Of a DNA stretch of 64,000 bases, positions 27,576 to 37,390 are shown one piece after another. The stretch comes from Spirochaetia bacterium (GTDB taxonomy: Bacteria; Spirochaetota; Spirochaetia; UBA9216): contig OZ223270.1 in the NCBI GenBank assembly GCA_965140585.1, positions 576,001 through 640,000 on the forward strand, read 5' to 3'. Made by a program: the position numbers and the translations under genes. Below the pieces are notes generated by a model. That model was not told the origin of the DNA. It did no database searches and saw only the letters and a list, made by a program, of their open reading frames with translations. The first letter of the stretch is position 1, and each line of letters starts with the position of its first letter.

Positions 27576-28127
27576 CCCGTGGGTTACTTTTATTCATCCT
27601 TACGCACTCGACCGGTAGTAATGATGGTGTAGTCCGGACAATATTTTCATTTTCTTGATTACCCCAGACTTTGCTTCAATTTCAGCATCAGGAATCTTAT
27701 TGATTCCCTGGTGTATTCTCTGGTTATTATAATAAGCAATGAATTCCGAGATGATTTTCTGAACCTGCTTCTTAGAAATCAGAAGAAAATGATCGAGAGC
27801 TTCTCTTCGGATAGTTCCGTTTAATCTTTCAACATAGGTATTCATATTTGGTGAAGCAAGAGAGATGTTAACACCTTTAATTCCATAATCAGAATAATCA
27901 ATTGCTTTTGATGATAGAGCTTTAATCAGTGCAAGACTGAACTTATCGTTTTTCTGAAACGCAGCTTCTTGTTCTGCAAGTTTGGATGCCGACTATAAAT
28001 CTCATTCTCTTTCTTCGGTAATAGCATTGTGAAGCAGAACATGAGTTGATTATAACCAGGAATTTTAAAGTGGTAAATTTACCATATTACATCACACAAA
28101 CAGTGCCGGATGTAAAAAAACCACGGG
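27576..28127 (-). mobile_element. Miniature IS derivative 3, internally deleted rve transposase pseudogene (27600..28042)
   Basis: N-terminal remnant MFCFTMLLPKKENEIYSRH joined through a frameshift to the C-terminal core SPNMNTYVERLNGTIRREALDH...YYNNQRIHQGI...LSGLHHHYYR; ends CCCGTGG..CATCC / GGATG..CCACGGG. Confidence 0.8.
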
Positions 28128-28219
28128 ACGCGCTGTAACAGTGAAGATGTAAATCTATGAATATCTGGTTTATTCCTGATTCAGTGGTAGTATCTACATC
28201 TTCATTATCAGCTTCGACA

Positions 28220-29662
28220 TCATTCATCTATAAAATAACAGAGTTGACTGTAAGAGTTTACGAATGAAAGCCATTCCTTAAAAATTTCCAACTCATATCC
28301 GCTTAATTGAACCTTCTGTTTGAGATACACCGCCTCGGCAATCTCGCCCTGCTCGTATTTTTCCTCAATCAACTTTGTTTCGTCGACGCTCAAATTCCTC
28401 CGGGACTCCAGGGTCTCCAGTTTGCGGCGACTGAATTCCAGGCTTGAGACGGTTTGGGATATCTGCATCTGTATCTTTTGCCGCACCTGCATCTCCCGGG
28501 CTCTGTAGGATTCCAATTCCGCTTCCTTATGTTCCTTTTCAGCTTTTGAAAGACCGGAATCCCACAAAGAGGTGCTCCCGGCAAGGGTTATATTCAAATC
28601 ATAATCATCCTGCCGAAACCAGTCCTTTTCAACAAAAGGCACCCGTGCCCCGTTGTATGAAAAAGCGACCTTCAGCGCCAGATCCGGCCTGAAATTCCCT
28701 CCATTCTTGGCAACAGAGACTTCCTCTTCTTTAATCTTCGACGCCAGTGATAGCTGATTGAGCTGCCGGTTTTCAGACAATCCTGCAGCAACGGCATCCA
28801 GGCTTGAGGGAATCGGGAACAAATCCAGTTCAAGCTCTATACCGCTTAAATCAAGTCTGTCGGCTGAAAACGACGGATCGGCAATCAACTCCTGCATCAT
28901 GAACAGAAGTTTCATTTTCTCGTTTGCAATATCATTCTTTGCTTCCTGAATATCCAGTTGGCTTCCTGAGACCGCCAGAAAATCTCCCGGTTCAATAAAA
29001 CCCTTAAGATAATTCTCCTCCGTCAATCTTACAAGGTCTTCCGTCATCCCGCCCTGTCTATCCAGTATTGCTTCCATTTCTTCCATAATATAAAAGGAAT
29101 AATAAAGGCTCTCAACTTTCGCCGTCAGTTCTTTAGTATAGTCATCTGCCGATAACATGTCGATTTCAGCCTGTATATTCATAATTTCCTGATAGCCGGC
29201 AAGCCGTCCCCATGTGAACAACGGCTGCTGAAGCTCGAGTTTAAAATCAAAATATCCAGGTTCACCACCATCCATTATCTTAATATTATCCATTCCGGAG
29301 GCATCAGGCATGATTGAACCGAATGCCGCCGAATCCAGATAAATAGGATCCTGAGGATTTCCAATCAGAGTGTAGCTCAGTGTTGAATCTATACTGGGCA
29401 GCCTCATAGCCTTTGCCTTTTTTATTTCGATTCGACTTAAATCCGCTTTTTTTTGTTTCTGCAGCAGATCATAGTTTGCGGATATCACAGCCTCGGTAAA
29501 CTCGTCAACAGAGAGTGGGGCAGTACGGTTCCCGGTAGAAATCGCCGCCGCAGGAAAACCGCCTGAAAAAAACAGGAGAAAAGATAGAAATATGAGCAGC
29601 GGTATTCCCGCAGCTGGCTTAAAAAACATTGTTTGCAGCACAGTAGCTCCGTTAGTCCACAT
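28220..29662 (-). CDS. TolC-family outer membrane efflux protein
   Basis: OEP repeats (KAKAMRLPSI, LELQQPLFTWG, FRPDLAL, SLWDSG); start uncertain (29662 or 29629). Confidence 0.85.
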   Translation of the reverse strand: MWTNGATVLQTMFFKPAAGIPLLIFLSFLLFFSGGFPAAAISTGNRTAPLSVDEFTEAVISANYDLLQKQKKADLSRIEIKKAKAMRLPSIDSTLSYTLIGNPQDPIYLDSAAFGSIMPDASGMDNIKIMDGGEPGYFDFKLELQQPLFTWGRLAGYQEIMNIQAEIDMLSADDYTKELTAKVESLYYSFYIMEEMEAILDRQGGMTEDLVRLTEENYLKGFIEPGDFLAVSGSQLDIQEAKNDIANEKMKLLFMMQELIADPSFSADRLDLSGIELELDLFPIPSSLDAVAAGLSENRQLNQLSLASKIKEEEVSVAKNGGNFRPDLALKVAFSYNGARVPFVEKDWFRQDDYDLNITLAGSTSLWDSGLSKAEKEHKEAELESYRAREMQVRQKIQMQISQTVSSLEFSRRKLETLESRRNLSVDETKLIEEKYEQGEIAEAVYLKQKVQLSGYELEIFKEWLSFVNSYSQLCYFIDE

Positions 29663-30902
29663 TGATCTCATGATATGCCTCATCATTGGATGACAACGTA
29701 TAGGCATCCGAACCGTCGCTTACTACTTCACCGTCAACCGAAAGACTCAGCGCAACATCACTGGCATTACCTGTATAACTGCTGTCCTCCCAGGATATAT
29801 CATCAATACTGAAATGTCCGGTTTCCGAGGTTGTATCATTAATACTTTTAGTCGATGTTACACCGCTGTATTCCCGGATTTTCCCGGTCTCGGGGTTTGT
29901 CAGGCTGATCTTGACGGTTTTACCGCTGACATATGCCCCTGAGGAAACATCATAAACTCTGCCGCTCAGACTCTGCGTAAAATCGGTCTGCTTAAGCTGA
30001 ATATCATTCAGAACATTCAATTCGTCTGCGGTTATCACAGTTCGGTAAACTGGCTCCGTCGCGACACCGTCTCCATCCAGATCCGCATCCTCACTGATGT
30101 CCGAATCCCAATCGCTATCGGATGTATATCCGTCTAGGACAAATTCCAGCAGAAGACTGGTTGTTCCTATATTCTCCGCCTTATTTGGCATATACGGATA
30201 CGATACCTGGCCTGAATAATCACCATATTCATCGGTGGTGAATGTGTAATCCGGCGAATCGCCATAAACTGCATTTATTACAGCGCTGCCTGAATATTCC
30301 CAGCTTTCTGGGACATATATATTCACTTCAACATTGCTGAGCGCTTCGGTATCATAGATGGAACCGGCGCCCCCAACCCAACTGGCAATATTTCCCTTGA
30401 TATCCGCGGTGTTCACAGCACGGCTTATTCTGATTGGCGCCAGTGTGTTATTTACATCCGATACTATATAGATGGATGTATCACTCTTTGTCAGTCCGTA
30501 ATCAGGATGATAGAAGATGAAGAAAATATCACGGCGATCAGCAGTTTTTCCATAAGCTGGGAAAATACTGTCCCAGATTATCCCGTTAAATGAAAAAGCC
30601 CCGTCAGAATCCGTAACCGTCGAGAGAAAATACCCGGCGTCAACCACCTCTTCTCCCGGCTGATCAGGCAGGCGTAATTCGGTTTCCCAGGCTGTGTAGT
30701 CAGCGGCCCAGTTATCAGCATCAATATAAAGATAAACAAGGGCCTCTGATATTCCGGAATCGGATTCCAGATTGTCAAACAACTCCTCGTCATGAAGCTC
30801 ACCGGAAATGCTTCCGGTGAAGACTGAAGAACAGGATAAAAATACGATTGAAAACAGAAGTCCTGCGATTATCGCAACAACTGGGATTAATTTAATTTTC
30901 AT
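29652..30902 (-). CDS. Acidic lipoprotein of unknown function within the RND operon
   Basis: Lipobox FLS|C; three transthyretin/carboxypeptidase-regulatory-like segments (ISGEL...TVTDSDGAFSF; IKGNI...TTDEYGDYS; LSGRVYD...GHFSI); DADLDGDG motif. Confidence 0.65.
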   Translation of the reverse strand: MKIKLIPVVAIIAGLLFSIVFLSCSSVFTGSISGELHDEELFDNLESDSGISEALVYLYIDADNWAADYTAWETELRLPDQPGEEVVDAGYFLSTVTDSDGAFSFNGIIWDSIFPAYGKTADRRDIFFIFYHPDYGLTKSDTSIYIVSDVNNTLAPIRISRAVNTADIKGNIASWVGGAGSIYDTEALSNVEVNIYVPESWEYSGSAVINAVYGDSPDYTFTTDEYGDYSGQVSYPYMPNKAENIGTTSLLLEFVLDGYTSDSDWDSDISEDADLDGDGVATEPVYRTVITADELNVLNDIQLKQTDFTQSLSGRVYDVSSGAYVSGKTVKISLTNPETGKIREYSGVTSTKSINDTTSETGHFSIDDISWEDSSYTGNASDVALSLSVDGEVVSDGSDAYTLSSNDEAYHEINVD

Positions 30903-33900
30903 GAGTGGATACCTCCGAGGTTATAGATACAGGTTTATTTTGCAATATACGTTCCTGGCGTCTTTCAATAAGATAATAAAGCACCGGAATCATAATCAGT
31001 GTTATCAGTGTTGAGGTTATAAGGCCCCCGAAGATCGCCTGCCCCAGGGGGGCGTAGATATCTGAGCCCTCTCCGCCGCCAAGGGCCATAGGCAGAACAC
31101 CGAGCATTGTAGTAAAGGTCGTCATTAAAATCGGCTGAATACGGGAACTGCCTCCTTCAAGGATAGCCTCCATGAGTGGCATCTTCTTCTCGCGGCGCAG
31201 GAAGTTGGTATAGTCTACCAGTACTATTGCATTGTTCACAACAATACCGGCTAATGCGATGATCCCGAGAAAAGGGATCAGCGAGATTGTTGATCCGAAG
31301 GCTCTCAGGCTGGCTACAACCCCAATCAGGCAGAATGGGATTGAGGCCATTATGATCAGCGGCTGTATAAAGCGTTCGAACTGAATAACCATAACTACAT
31401 ATACCAGAAATACAGCTATCCCGAGCATCAGGAACAGCGGGCCGATCGAATCCGAAACCATCTCGGAAGCACCCTTAATCTCCCAGTTGACGCCGATGGG
31501 AAACTCGAACTCAGACAGAACATCGTTCATACGTGCGGTAATGGCTCCCGTCTCGTTAGTATTCATCATGCCGGATACCTCAACCGAGTAGAGCCTGTCA
31601 ACCCGGGAGATACTTGTTACAGCCGGCTGTAATTCCATCTGGGAAAAGCTTGAAAAATTGATCATTTCTCCCTGGCTCGAAATGAGGCTGATTTTTTCGA
31701 AGGTTTCTTCGCTTACCGGCTGACCATGGACTTCTGATACAAGGTTGATATCATAGCTGTTATCTCCCGTTTCATACTTTCCTACAACCTCACCGTTAAA
31801 GAGGATCCTGTTAGTCAGACCGGCCTCGTATGGCGTGATGCCTAGAGAACCCATCTTTTCTAGCATCAAATCGGACACAATTTCTACGCCGCTTTGATTA
31901 ACATTCATTTCGGTATTAATAATTGCCGGGTCCTGGGCCATCAGGCTCTCGATCGTTTTCCCCGCCCTGATAACCTCATTCAGATTATTACCCCGGGCCT
32001 GCACAATAAATCCATGGCCGCCGGCAGAAAGGGCCAGCAGGGCGTCGATACCCGCGTTCTGAACCCTGAATTCCGCATTGACTGTTTCCTTACTGAGGCT
32101 CTTTTGAAGCATATCAATAATTTCAAAAATACTGCGCTCCCTTTCACTCAGATCTGCAACCTTCACAAGCCCGTATGCTGAAGCATTCTCCACTATGAAG
32201 ATATTGGACTTCAGCTCGGGAACCTCCCTGTAGACCAGCTGCTCGATCTCCTTTGTTTTCTCAACGGCATCCTCAAGCAGGTACCCGTCTGGGAATGTGA
32301 CGGCGATCTCTAATTCCCCTGTATCGACCGGAGGAATAAATGATGTTCCTATCGTTGTCAGAGAGAAAATAGTAATCAGCAGTACGGCAATAGCCATAAA
32401 TAAAACAAAGCTGGTATTCTTCATTGCCGCAAAAAGGATCTTTCTGTACCCGGTATCGAGATGCGCAAGAAATTGCCCCATCACTCCTGAGATTCTGTAC
32501 CCGATACCGGACTGCTTCGGAGTTTTAAGCGTTCTTGAAGAAAGAAAGGGTATGATTACAATGGCCACCAATAGAGAGCCGACGAGTGCAAAAAGCAGTG
32601 TTTTTGAAATTGCTCCAAGGAAGATGCCGACGACGCCGGTTAAAAAAAGCAGGGGGATAAAAACACAGAGGGTGGTCGTTGTAGAAGCAACAACCGCTCC
32701 GCCGATTTCCGCTGTACCAATCGACGCCGCGTCTTCCCTCTTTTTACCGAGCTTGAAGTGCCTGGTTATATTTTCGAGAACGACTATGGAAGGATCGACC
32801 ATCATACCGAGGGCTACCGTCAGGCCGGCAAGCGATAATAGATTCAATGACATACCGCCGATATTGAAGCCGATTATACAGATTAGAATACTCAGGGGTA
32901 TTGAGATACCGATGATAATCGTAGCCCTGATATTATGCAGGAACAGGAAAATAACAAAGATGGCAAGCATCGTTCCAAGACAGGCCGACTGAACGACAGT
33001 TGAAATACTCATATTCGTCATCATGCTGTCGTTCTTGATTTCCTGAAAATGCACCTTGCCCCCTGTTTCGTCGGAAAGGGTTTCAAGAGCCGCTTCAATT
33101 TTCTCAATCAGCTTGATTGTGTCGCCGCCCTCTTTCCGGTAAACCTCAAGATAGGGAACCGGTTTTCCTCCGGACAGAATAACCTCCTCAGGCGGTGTCG
33201 GGATAAACGAGACATCGGCTATGTCCTTCAGGTAGACAAAACCGCCATCGTTATGACCCGTGACCAGATTCCTGATTTCCTGCAGATTTGAAAATTCCCC
33301 GCTGGTCCTGATATTGACTTCCCGGTTTCGATAGGTTTCAGAACCAGCCGGTATTGTTATATTGGTTCTCTGGAGCAGCTGGTATACATCCAATACCGAT
33401 ATACTCTTCGCTTCCATCTGTTCAAGATGAAGGGTAATGCGCAGCTCCTTGTAGCGCCCCCCGGTTAGTTCAAGCCTGTTGACATCCTTGATACTGGTAA
33501 GTGTCGGAATGACGGTATCTTCAATATAAGAAGTAACCTCATACTCATCGGCATCACTTTCAACGATAAAACTGTACACGGGCAGAAAGGTAGCGACGGA
33601 TGTAACCGTTATTTCAGGGATACCGCTGATGTCTTCAGGAAGTTCGTCCGACACCATATTGATTTTTTCTCTGACAATCGGCAGCAGCGTATCGACTTCC
33701 TGGTCTTCGGGAAAGTTCATCGTTATTACGGATACGGAATCATATGAAACTGCTTTTATCTCCTTCAGGCCGGGTATGGTCGCGAGAGTATCTTCAAGGG
33801 GCTCAGTTACATCATCATTGACCTTCTCCGGGCCCACTCCGGGATATATAGTCACAACGCTCACCGTCGGCTGTTTGATATCCGGCAGAAAGGATGAGGT

Positions 33901-33996
33901 TATGGATGTAAATGATATAATACTGAAGAGGACTACGGTAACAAGCAGAATAATAATTATAACCGGATGCTTTATAGAAAAATCCGCTATTTTCAT
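30892..33996 (-). CDS. RND efflux permease (AcrB/AcrD/AcrF family)
   Basis: 1034 aa; YPG.GPE.V...VTEPLE, GMMVDPSIVVLENI, GIVVNNAIVLVD, RIQPILMTT...PMALG. Confidence 0.95.
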   Translation of the reverse strand: MKIADFSIKHPVIIIILLVTVVLFSIISFTSITSSFLPDIKQPTVSVVTIYPGVGPEKVNDDVTEPLEDTLATIPGLKEIKAVSYDSVSVITMNFPEDQEVDTLLPIVREKINMVSDELPEDISGIPEITVTSVATFLPVYSFIVESDADEYEVTSYIEDTVIPTLTSIKDVNRLELTGGRYKELRITLHLEQMEAKSISVLDVYQLLQRTNITIPAGSETYRNREVNIRTSGEFSNLQEIRNLVTGHNDGGFVYLKDIADVSFIPTPPEEVILSGGKPVPYLEVYRKEGGDTIKLIEKIEAALETLSDETGGKVHFQEIKNDSMMTNMSISTVVQSACLGTMLAIFVIFLFLHNIRATIIIGISIPLSILICIIGFNIGGMSLNLLSLAGLTVALGMMVDPSIVVLENITRHFKLGKKREDAASIGTAEIGGAVVASTTTTLCVFIPLLFLTGVVGIFLGAISKTLLFALVGSLLVAIVIIPFLSSRTLKTPKQSGIGYRISGVMGQFLAHLDTGYRKILFAAMKNTSFVLFMAIAVLLITIFSLTTIGTSFIPPVDTGELEIAVTFPDGYLLEDAVEKTKEIEQLVYREVPELKSNIFIVENASAYGLVKVADLSERERSIFEIIDMLQKSLSKETVNAEFRVQNAGIDALLALSAGGHGFIVQARGNNLNEVIRAGKTIESLMAQDPAIINTEMNVNQSGVEIVSDLMLEKMGSLGITPYEAGLTNRILFNGEVVGKYETGDNSYDINLVSEVHGQPVSEETFEKISLISSQGEMINFSSFSQMELQPAVTSISRVDRLYSVEVSGMMNTNETGAITARMNDVLSEFEFPIGVNWEIKGASEMVSDSIGPLFLMLGIAVFLVYVVMVIQFERFIQPLIIMASIPFCLIGVVASLRAFGSTISLIPFLGIIALAGIVVNNAIVLVDYTNFLRREKKMPLMEAILEGGSSRIQPILMTTFTTMLGVLPMALGGGEGSDIYAPLGQAIFGGLITSTLITLIMIPVLYYLIERRQERILQNKPVSITSEVSTHEN

Positions 33997-35066
33997 GAAG
34001 GGTCTCCCTGAACAACACGGACTTTCTGCCCGTCCTTTAGAAAGAAGAACCCCTCCCTTATAAAGCTGTAATCCTTGTATTCACCGGGGATCTGAATATA
34101 GTCCTCATTGGAAAACAGGAAGGGAAGCTCAAGACGATGAGCCTGCTCCGTCTCAGGATCAACGTACCAGACGATATTCCCTTCACTGAGGGTTTCTATC
34201 GGCAGATAATATACATCCGCAGCTGTATCGAGGGTGAACGAAACCTTCATGAACATCCCCGGGCGAAGATCGTCCGGGGGTTCAATAAATTCACATACTG
34301 TTTCGAAACTCATTGATGAGGGGTTGACCACCGGTGAGATATACCTGACTTTGGCGAGGTAGGGCTGATCAGGCCTGTCCGGTCGAGTGAGAGAGACCCG
34401 CATACTCCCGTTTTTTTTCAGAAAAAACTCATAATAATGATCCGGAACGGAAACCTTCAGGATCAAATCTTCTATAGTTCCTATGGTTAGAATAGGAACC
34501 TGGGATGAAACCAGTGAGCCTGTATCGGTATGTATATTCAGAACAACACCGCTTATCGGGGCTTTTATGTTCGAGAAACCGAACTGCAGCCTGGCCAGTT
34601 CATATTGTGCCTGATTTGATTCAAATGAAGCCTTCGCCTGTTCATAGACCTGCCGGCTTGTCGCCCTGGATTCATATAACTGAGACTGCCTTTCATATAC
34701 GCTTTTAGACGTCAGATACGCGGTTTCCGCCTGACTTAGAGATAGCTGCAATTGCTCACTCTCTATACGCCCGATAATATCATCCTTGATGATGTAATCT
34801 CCGACCTCAACATTCAGTTCTTCAAGAGTCCCGGATGTTTTCGGCAGAAGATTGACCGTATCGTTGGACTCGAGATAGCCGTTTAGCGTATAACTCTTAA
34901 TAAGATCTCCGAACTCTGGCTTTGTGATGCTGACGGGCAGAACTACTTCTTCTTTCTGCTTTTCCTGCTGATTGTTCTTTTGGTACCAGATTAGAATTAC
35001 GATAACAACAAGAATAATTATTGAGATCAGCCTGAAATCTATTAATGGTTTCTTCTTATGCTCCAT
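33993..35066 (-). CDS. RND periplasmic adaptor (membrane fusion protein)
   Basis: N-terminal TM, lipoyl-like halves (VEVGDYI, IKAPISGVV), LRPGMF. Confidence 0.92.
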   Translation of the reverse strand: MEHKKKPLIDFRLISIIILVVIVILIWYQKNNQQEKQKEEVVLPVSITKPEFGDLIKSYTLNGYLESNDTVNLLPKTSGTLEELNVEVGDYIIKDDIIGRIESEQLQLSLSQAETAYLTSKSVYERQSQLYESRATSRQVYEQAKASFESNQAQYELARLQFGFSNIKAPISGVVLNIHTDTGSLVSSQVPILTIGTIEDLILKVSVPDHYYEFFLKKNGSMRVSLTRPDRPDQPYLAKVRYISPVVNPSSMSFETVCEFIEPPDDLRPGMFMKVSFTLDTAADVYYLPIETLSEGNIVWYVDPETEQAHRLELPFLFSNEDYIQIPGEYKDYSFIREGFFFLKDGQKVRVVQGDPS

Positions 35067-35117
35067 GCAATGTACTCCGTGCTCATAATGTAAATATTAT
35101 TCTGTAAGTAATTGAAG

Positions 35118-35141
35118 TGACAGGTGTAATTAAAACTGTCA
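35118..35141. promoter_or_regulatory. Candidate NarL/LuxR-type regulator binding site
   Basis: Inverted repeat TGACAG-N12-CTGTCA between the divergent efflux operon and two-component system. Confidence 0.4.
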
Positions 35142-35194
35142 TTAAATTAAAAGAAAGCTTTTCTTTTAAGCACATATCTGTAAAAATAAAGATT

Positions 35195-36529
35195 ATGAAA
35201 CGGAATCGCCCTTTCAATATGTATGAGCAGAATACCTGGCTGTTTATATTCAGACTCTGGGTGCTGTGTCGCCTGTTGATCTGGATCTTCAACGAACCCC
35301 TTGTATGGGTGCTTACCTTCGGCCGCGGAAACGGTCCGTTGACAGGGGGGAACCTTTATCTTGCTATATGGGCGGAATTAGTCGTAGTCATCTTAAGCTG
35401 GTTCCCTGCATTGAGAATAAAATTGGGCCGGCGGCATACCGACATCATGGTAGCAATTCATATTATCACTGTAATTTTTATAAACTATCTATGGAATTAC
35501 GCCCCTTTAGAGATGGGCAACCTGAAATCAACCCAGTTATTGATATTAAACCGCGGCTGGAGCCTGTTCTTTCTGGTTTCTACAGTTTTACTTGCGTGGC
35601 AGTACAGGTTCAGAAGTGTCATCATATCGGTATCGGCAATGATTATCACAGATATACTTTTACTCTATATTAAGCTGCCATGGGATGTTTTTTCACAGAT
35701 TGCACTGAGTTCGGTATTCAACTTCTTCGGACTGGCATTGATAGGATACATAATCTGCCTATTGGTTGTTCAGTTGAAATCCCGTAATAAATCACTGCAC
35801 GACATGAATCGTAAACTGGCAAACCATGCAGCAACTATTGAAGAGCTGGCTATCAGTTGGGAGCGGAACCGCCTTGCCCAAGAACTTCATGATACTCTGG
35901 CCCATTCACTAAGCGCACTTGCCGTACAGATCGAAGCGGTTCGAAGCCTCTGGGACGTTGATAACGAGAAAGCATTCGGCCTGCTTAACCAGGCCGATGA
36001 AATCACACGCAACGGTCTCAGTGAAGCCCGCGGAGCATTGCAAGCGCTGAGAGCCGTTCCCTTACAGGATCTGGGATTGATAAACGCTCTTGAAAACCTG
36101 GCTGATGAATCAGCCGAACGCATTAACGCAACCCTCATCAAGGATATCCCCGATACACCAATTGCCGATATTTCGATGCACCTCGAACAGACAATTTACA
36201 GAATAGCACAGGAAAGCCTGGAAAATGTCGTCAGGCATTCCATGGCAAAGAATATTACATTACGCCTTACCCTTGTAGCTGAACAACCGGAATTCAAATC
36301 ATTGATCATGGAGGTTTCCGACGACGGAATTGGTTTTGATATCGGGAATATACAGGAACCAATCGATCCAAATCAACAAAGATGGGGGTTGATCGGGTTA
36401 CAGGAACGTGCCGCCCTGGTAGGCGGTTCATTGGATATCATCTCGAGTCCCGGGTCCGGAACCAGAATCCGGCTTCATATAAAGCTGGGAGAAACGGGGG
36501 AATCAAATGATCAGCATTCTTATTTGTGA
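35195..36529 (+). CDS. Membrane sensor histidine kinase, HisKA_3 (NarX/DesK-like)
   Basis: ERNRLAQELHDTLAHSL, RIAQESLENVVRHS, DDGIGF, GLIGLQERA; several TMs. ATG 35195 chosen within ORF 35117..36529. Confidence 0.92.
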   Translation: MKRNRPFNMYEQNTWLFIFRLWVLCRLLIWIFNEPLVWVLTFGRGNGPLTGGNLYLAIWAELVVVILSWFPALRIKLGRRHTDIMVAIHIITVIFINYLWNYAPLEMGNLKSTQLLILNRGWSLFFLVSTVLLAWQYRFRSVIISVSAMIITDILLLYIKLPWDVFSQIALSSVFNFFGLALIGYIICLLVVQLKSRNKSLHDMNRKLANHAATIEELAISWERNRLAQELHDTLAHSLSALAVQIEAVRSLWDVDNEKAFGLLNQADEITRNGLSEARGALQALRAVPLQDLGLINALENLADESAERINATLIKDIPDTPIADISMHLEQTIYRIAQESLENVVRHSMAKNITLRLTLVAEQPEFKSLIMEVSDDGIGFDIGNIQEPIDPNQQRWGLIGLQERAALVGGSLDIISSPGSGTRIRLHIKLGETGESNDQHSYL

Positions 36530-37151
36530 TGATCAATCCGTTGTAAGAGAGGGGGTGGCGGCTATAATAGGCTCCGATCCCGAAATAGAAAACATCAGTA
36601 CGGCAAGCAGCGGCAGTGAAGCTATTGAAATCATCAAAATGAACCCTCCGGATATTGTGCTCATGGATTTAAACATGCCTGAAATGAACGGGATTCAGGC
36701 TACAAAGCTATTAAAACAGCTCTACCCAACGCTGCCTGTACTGATTCTCACAACCTACGCTCATGATGAATGGATCTTCGACGCTCTGAAAGCCGGGGCA
36801 GCGGGATATCTGCTGAAAGATACCCGGAAAGAAGAATTGCTGAAAGCAATCAAGGGTACTGTTTCAGGTCTTACGTTTCTTGATCCATCTATCGCAGGGC
36901 GGCTTTTAAAACAATTGCCCCAAATCGAGTTCTCCCGCCGGGACAGTTTCTCAAATGATTTCACGGAAAAAGAACTGGCAATCTTGAAATATATTGTAAA
37001 GGGATATACGAACCCGCAGATCGGAGAAAAATTATTTTTAGCACCCGGAACCGTGCGGAACTATGCCAGTGTTATTTTCGGCAAACTCGGCGTGTCCGAC
37101 CGAACCCAGGCGGCAATCAAGGCTGTCCAGATGGGTCTGGTCGAGGCATGA
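36507..37151 (+). CDS. NarL/FixJ-family response regulator
   Basis: ILICDDQ, DIVLMDLNMP, GAAGYLLK, LuxR HTH with DRTQAA. Confidence 0.95.
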   Translation: MISILICDDQSVVREGVAAIIGSDPEIENISTASSGSEAIEIIKMNPPDIVLMDLNMPEMNGIQATKLLKQLYPTLPVLILTTYAHDEWIFDALKAGAAGYLLKDTRKEELLKAIKGTVSGLTFLDPSIAGRLLKQLPQIEFSRRDSFSNDFTEKELAILKYIVKGYTNPQIGEKLFLAPGTVRNYASVIFGKLGVSDRTQAAIKAVQMGLVEA

Positions 37152-37390
37152 TAATTACCCAGATTGAACCGATTTCAGCATCAGGGATCATTCTATTTCC
37201 TTGATGCCTCCTCTGATTATTGTAATAGGAAACATCCCCAGAGATAATTTGCCTTCTTTATCTCAAGAATCAGCTTTTTGATATCATTGGTAATCGGTTT
37301 CCTACCAGGAGGATCCCCAAAATCAATAATTTACTGGAATATTAGTACTAATTATTGATTTCAGGTAAGCCATCAATAACACTTAAATTT

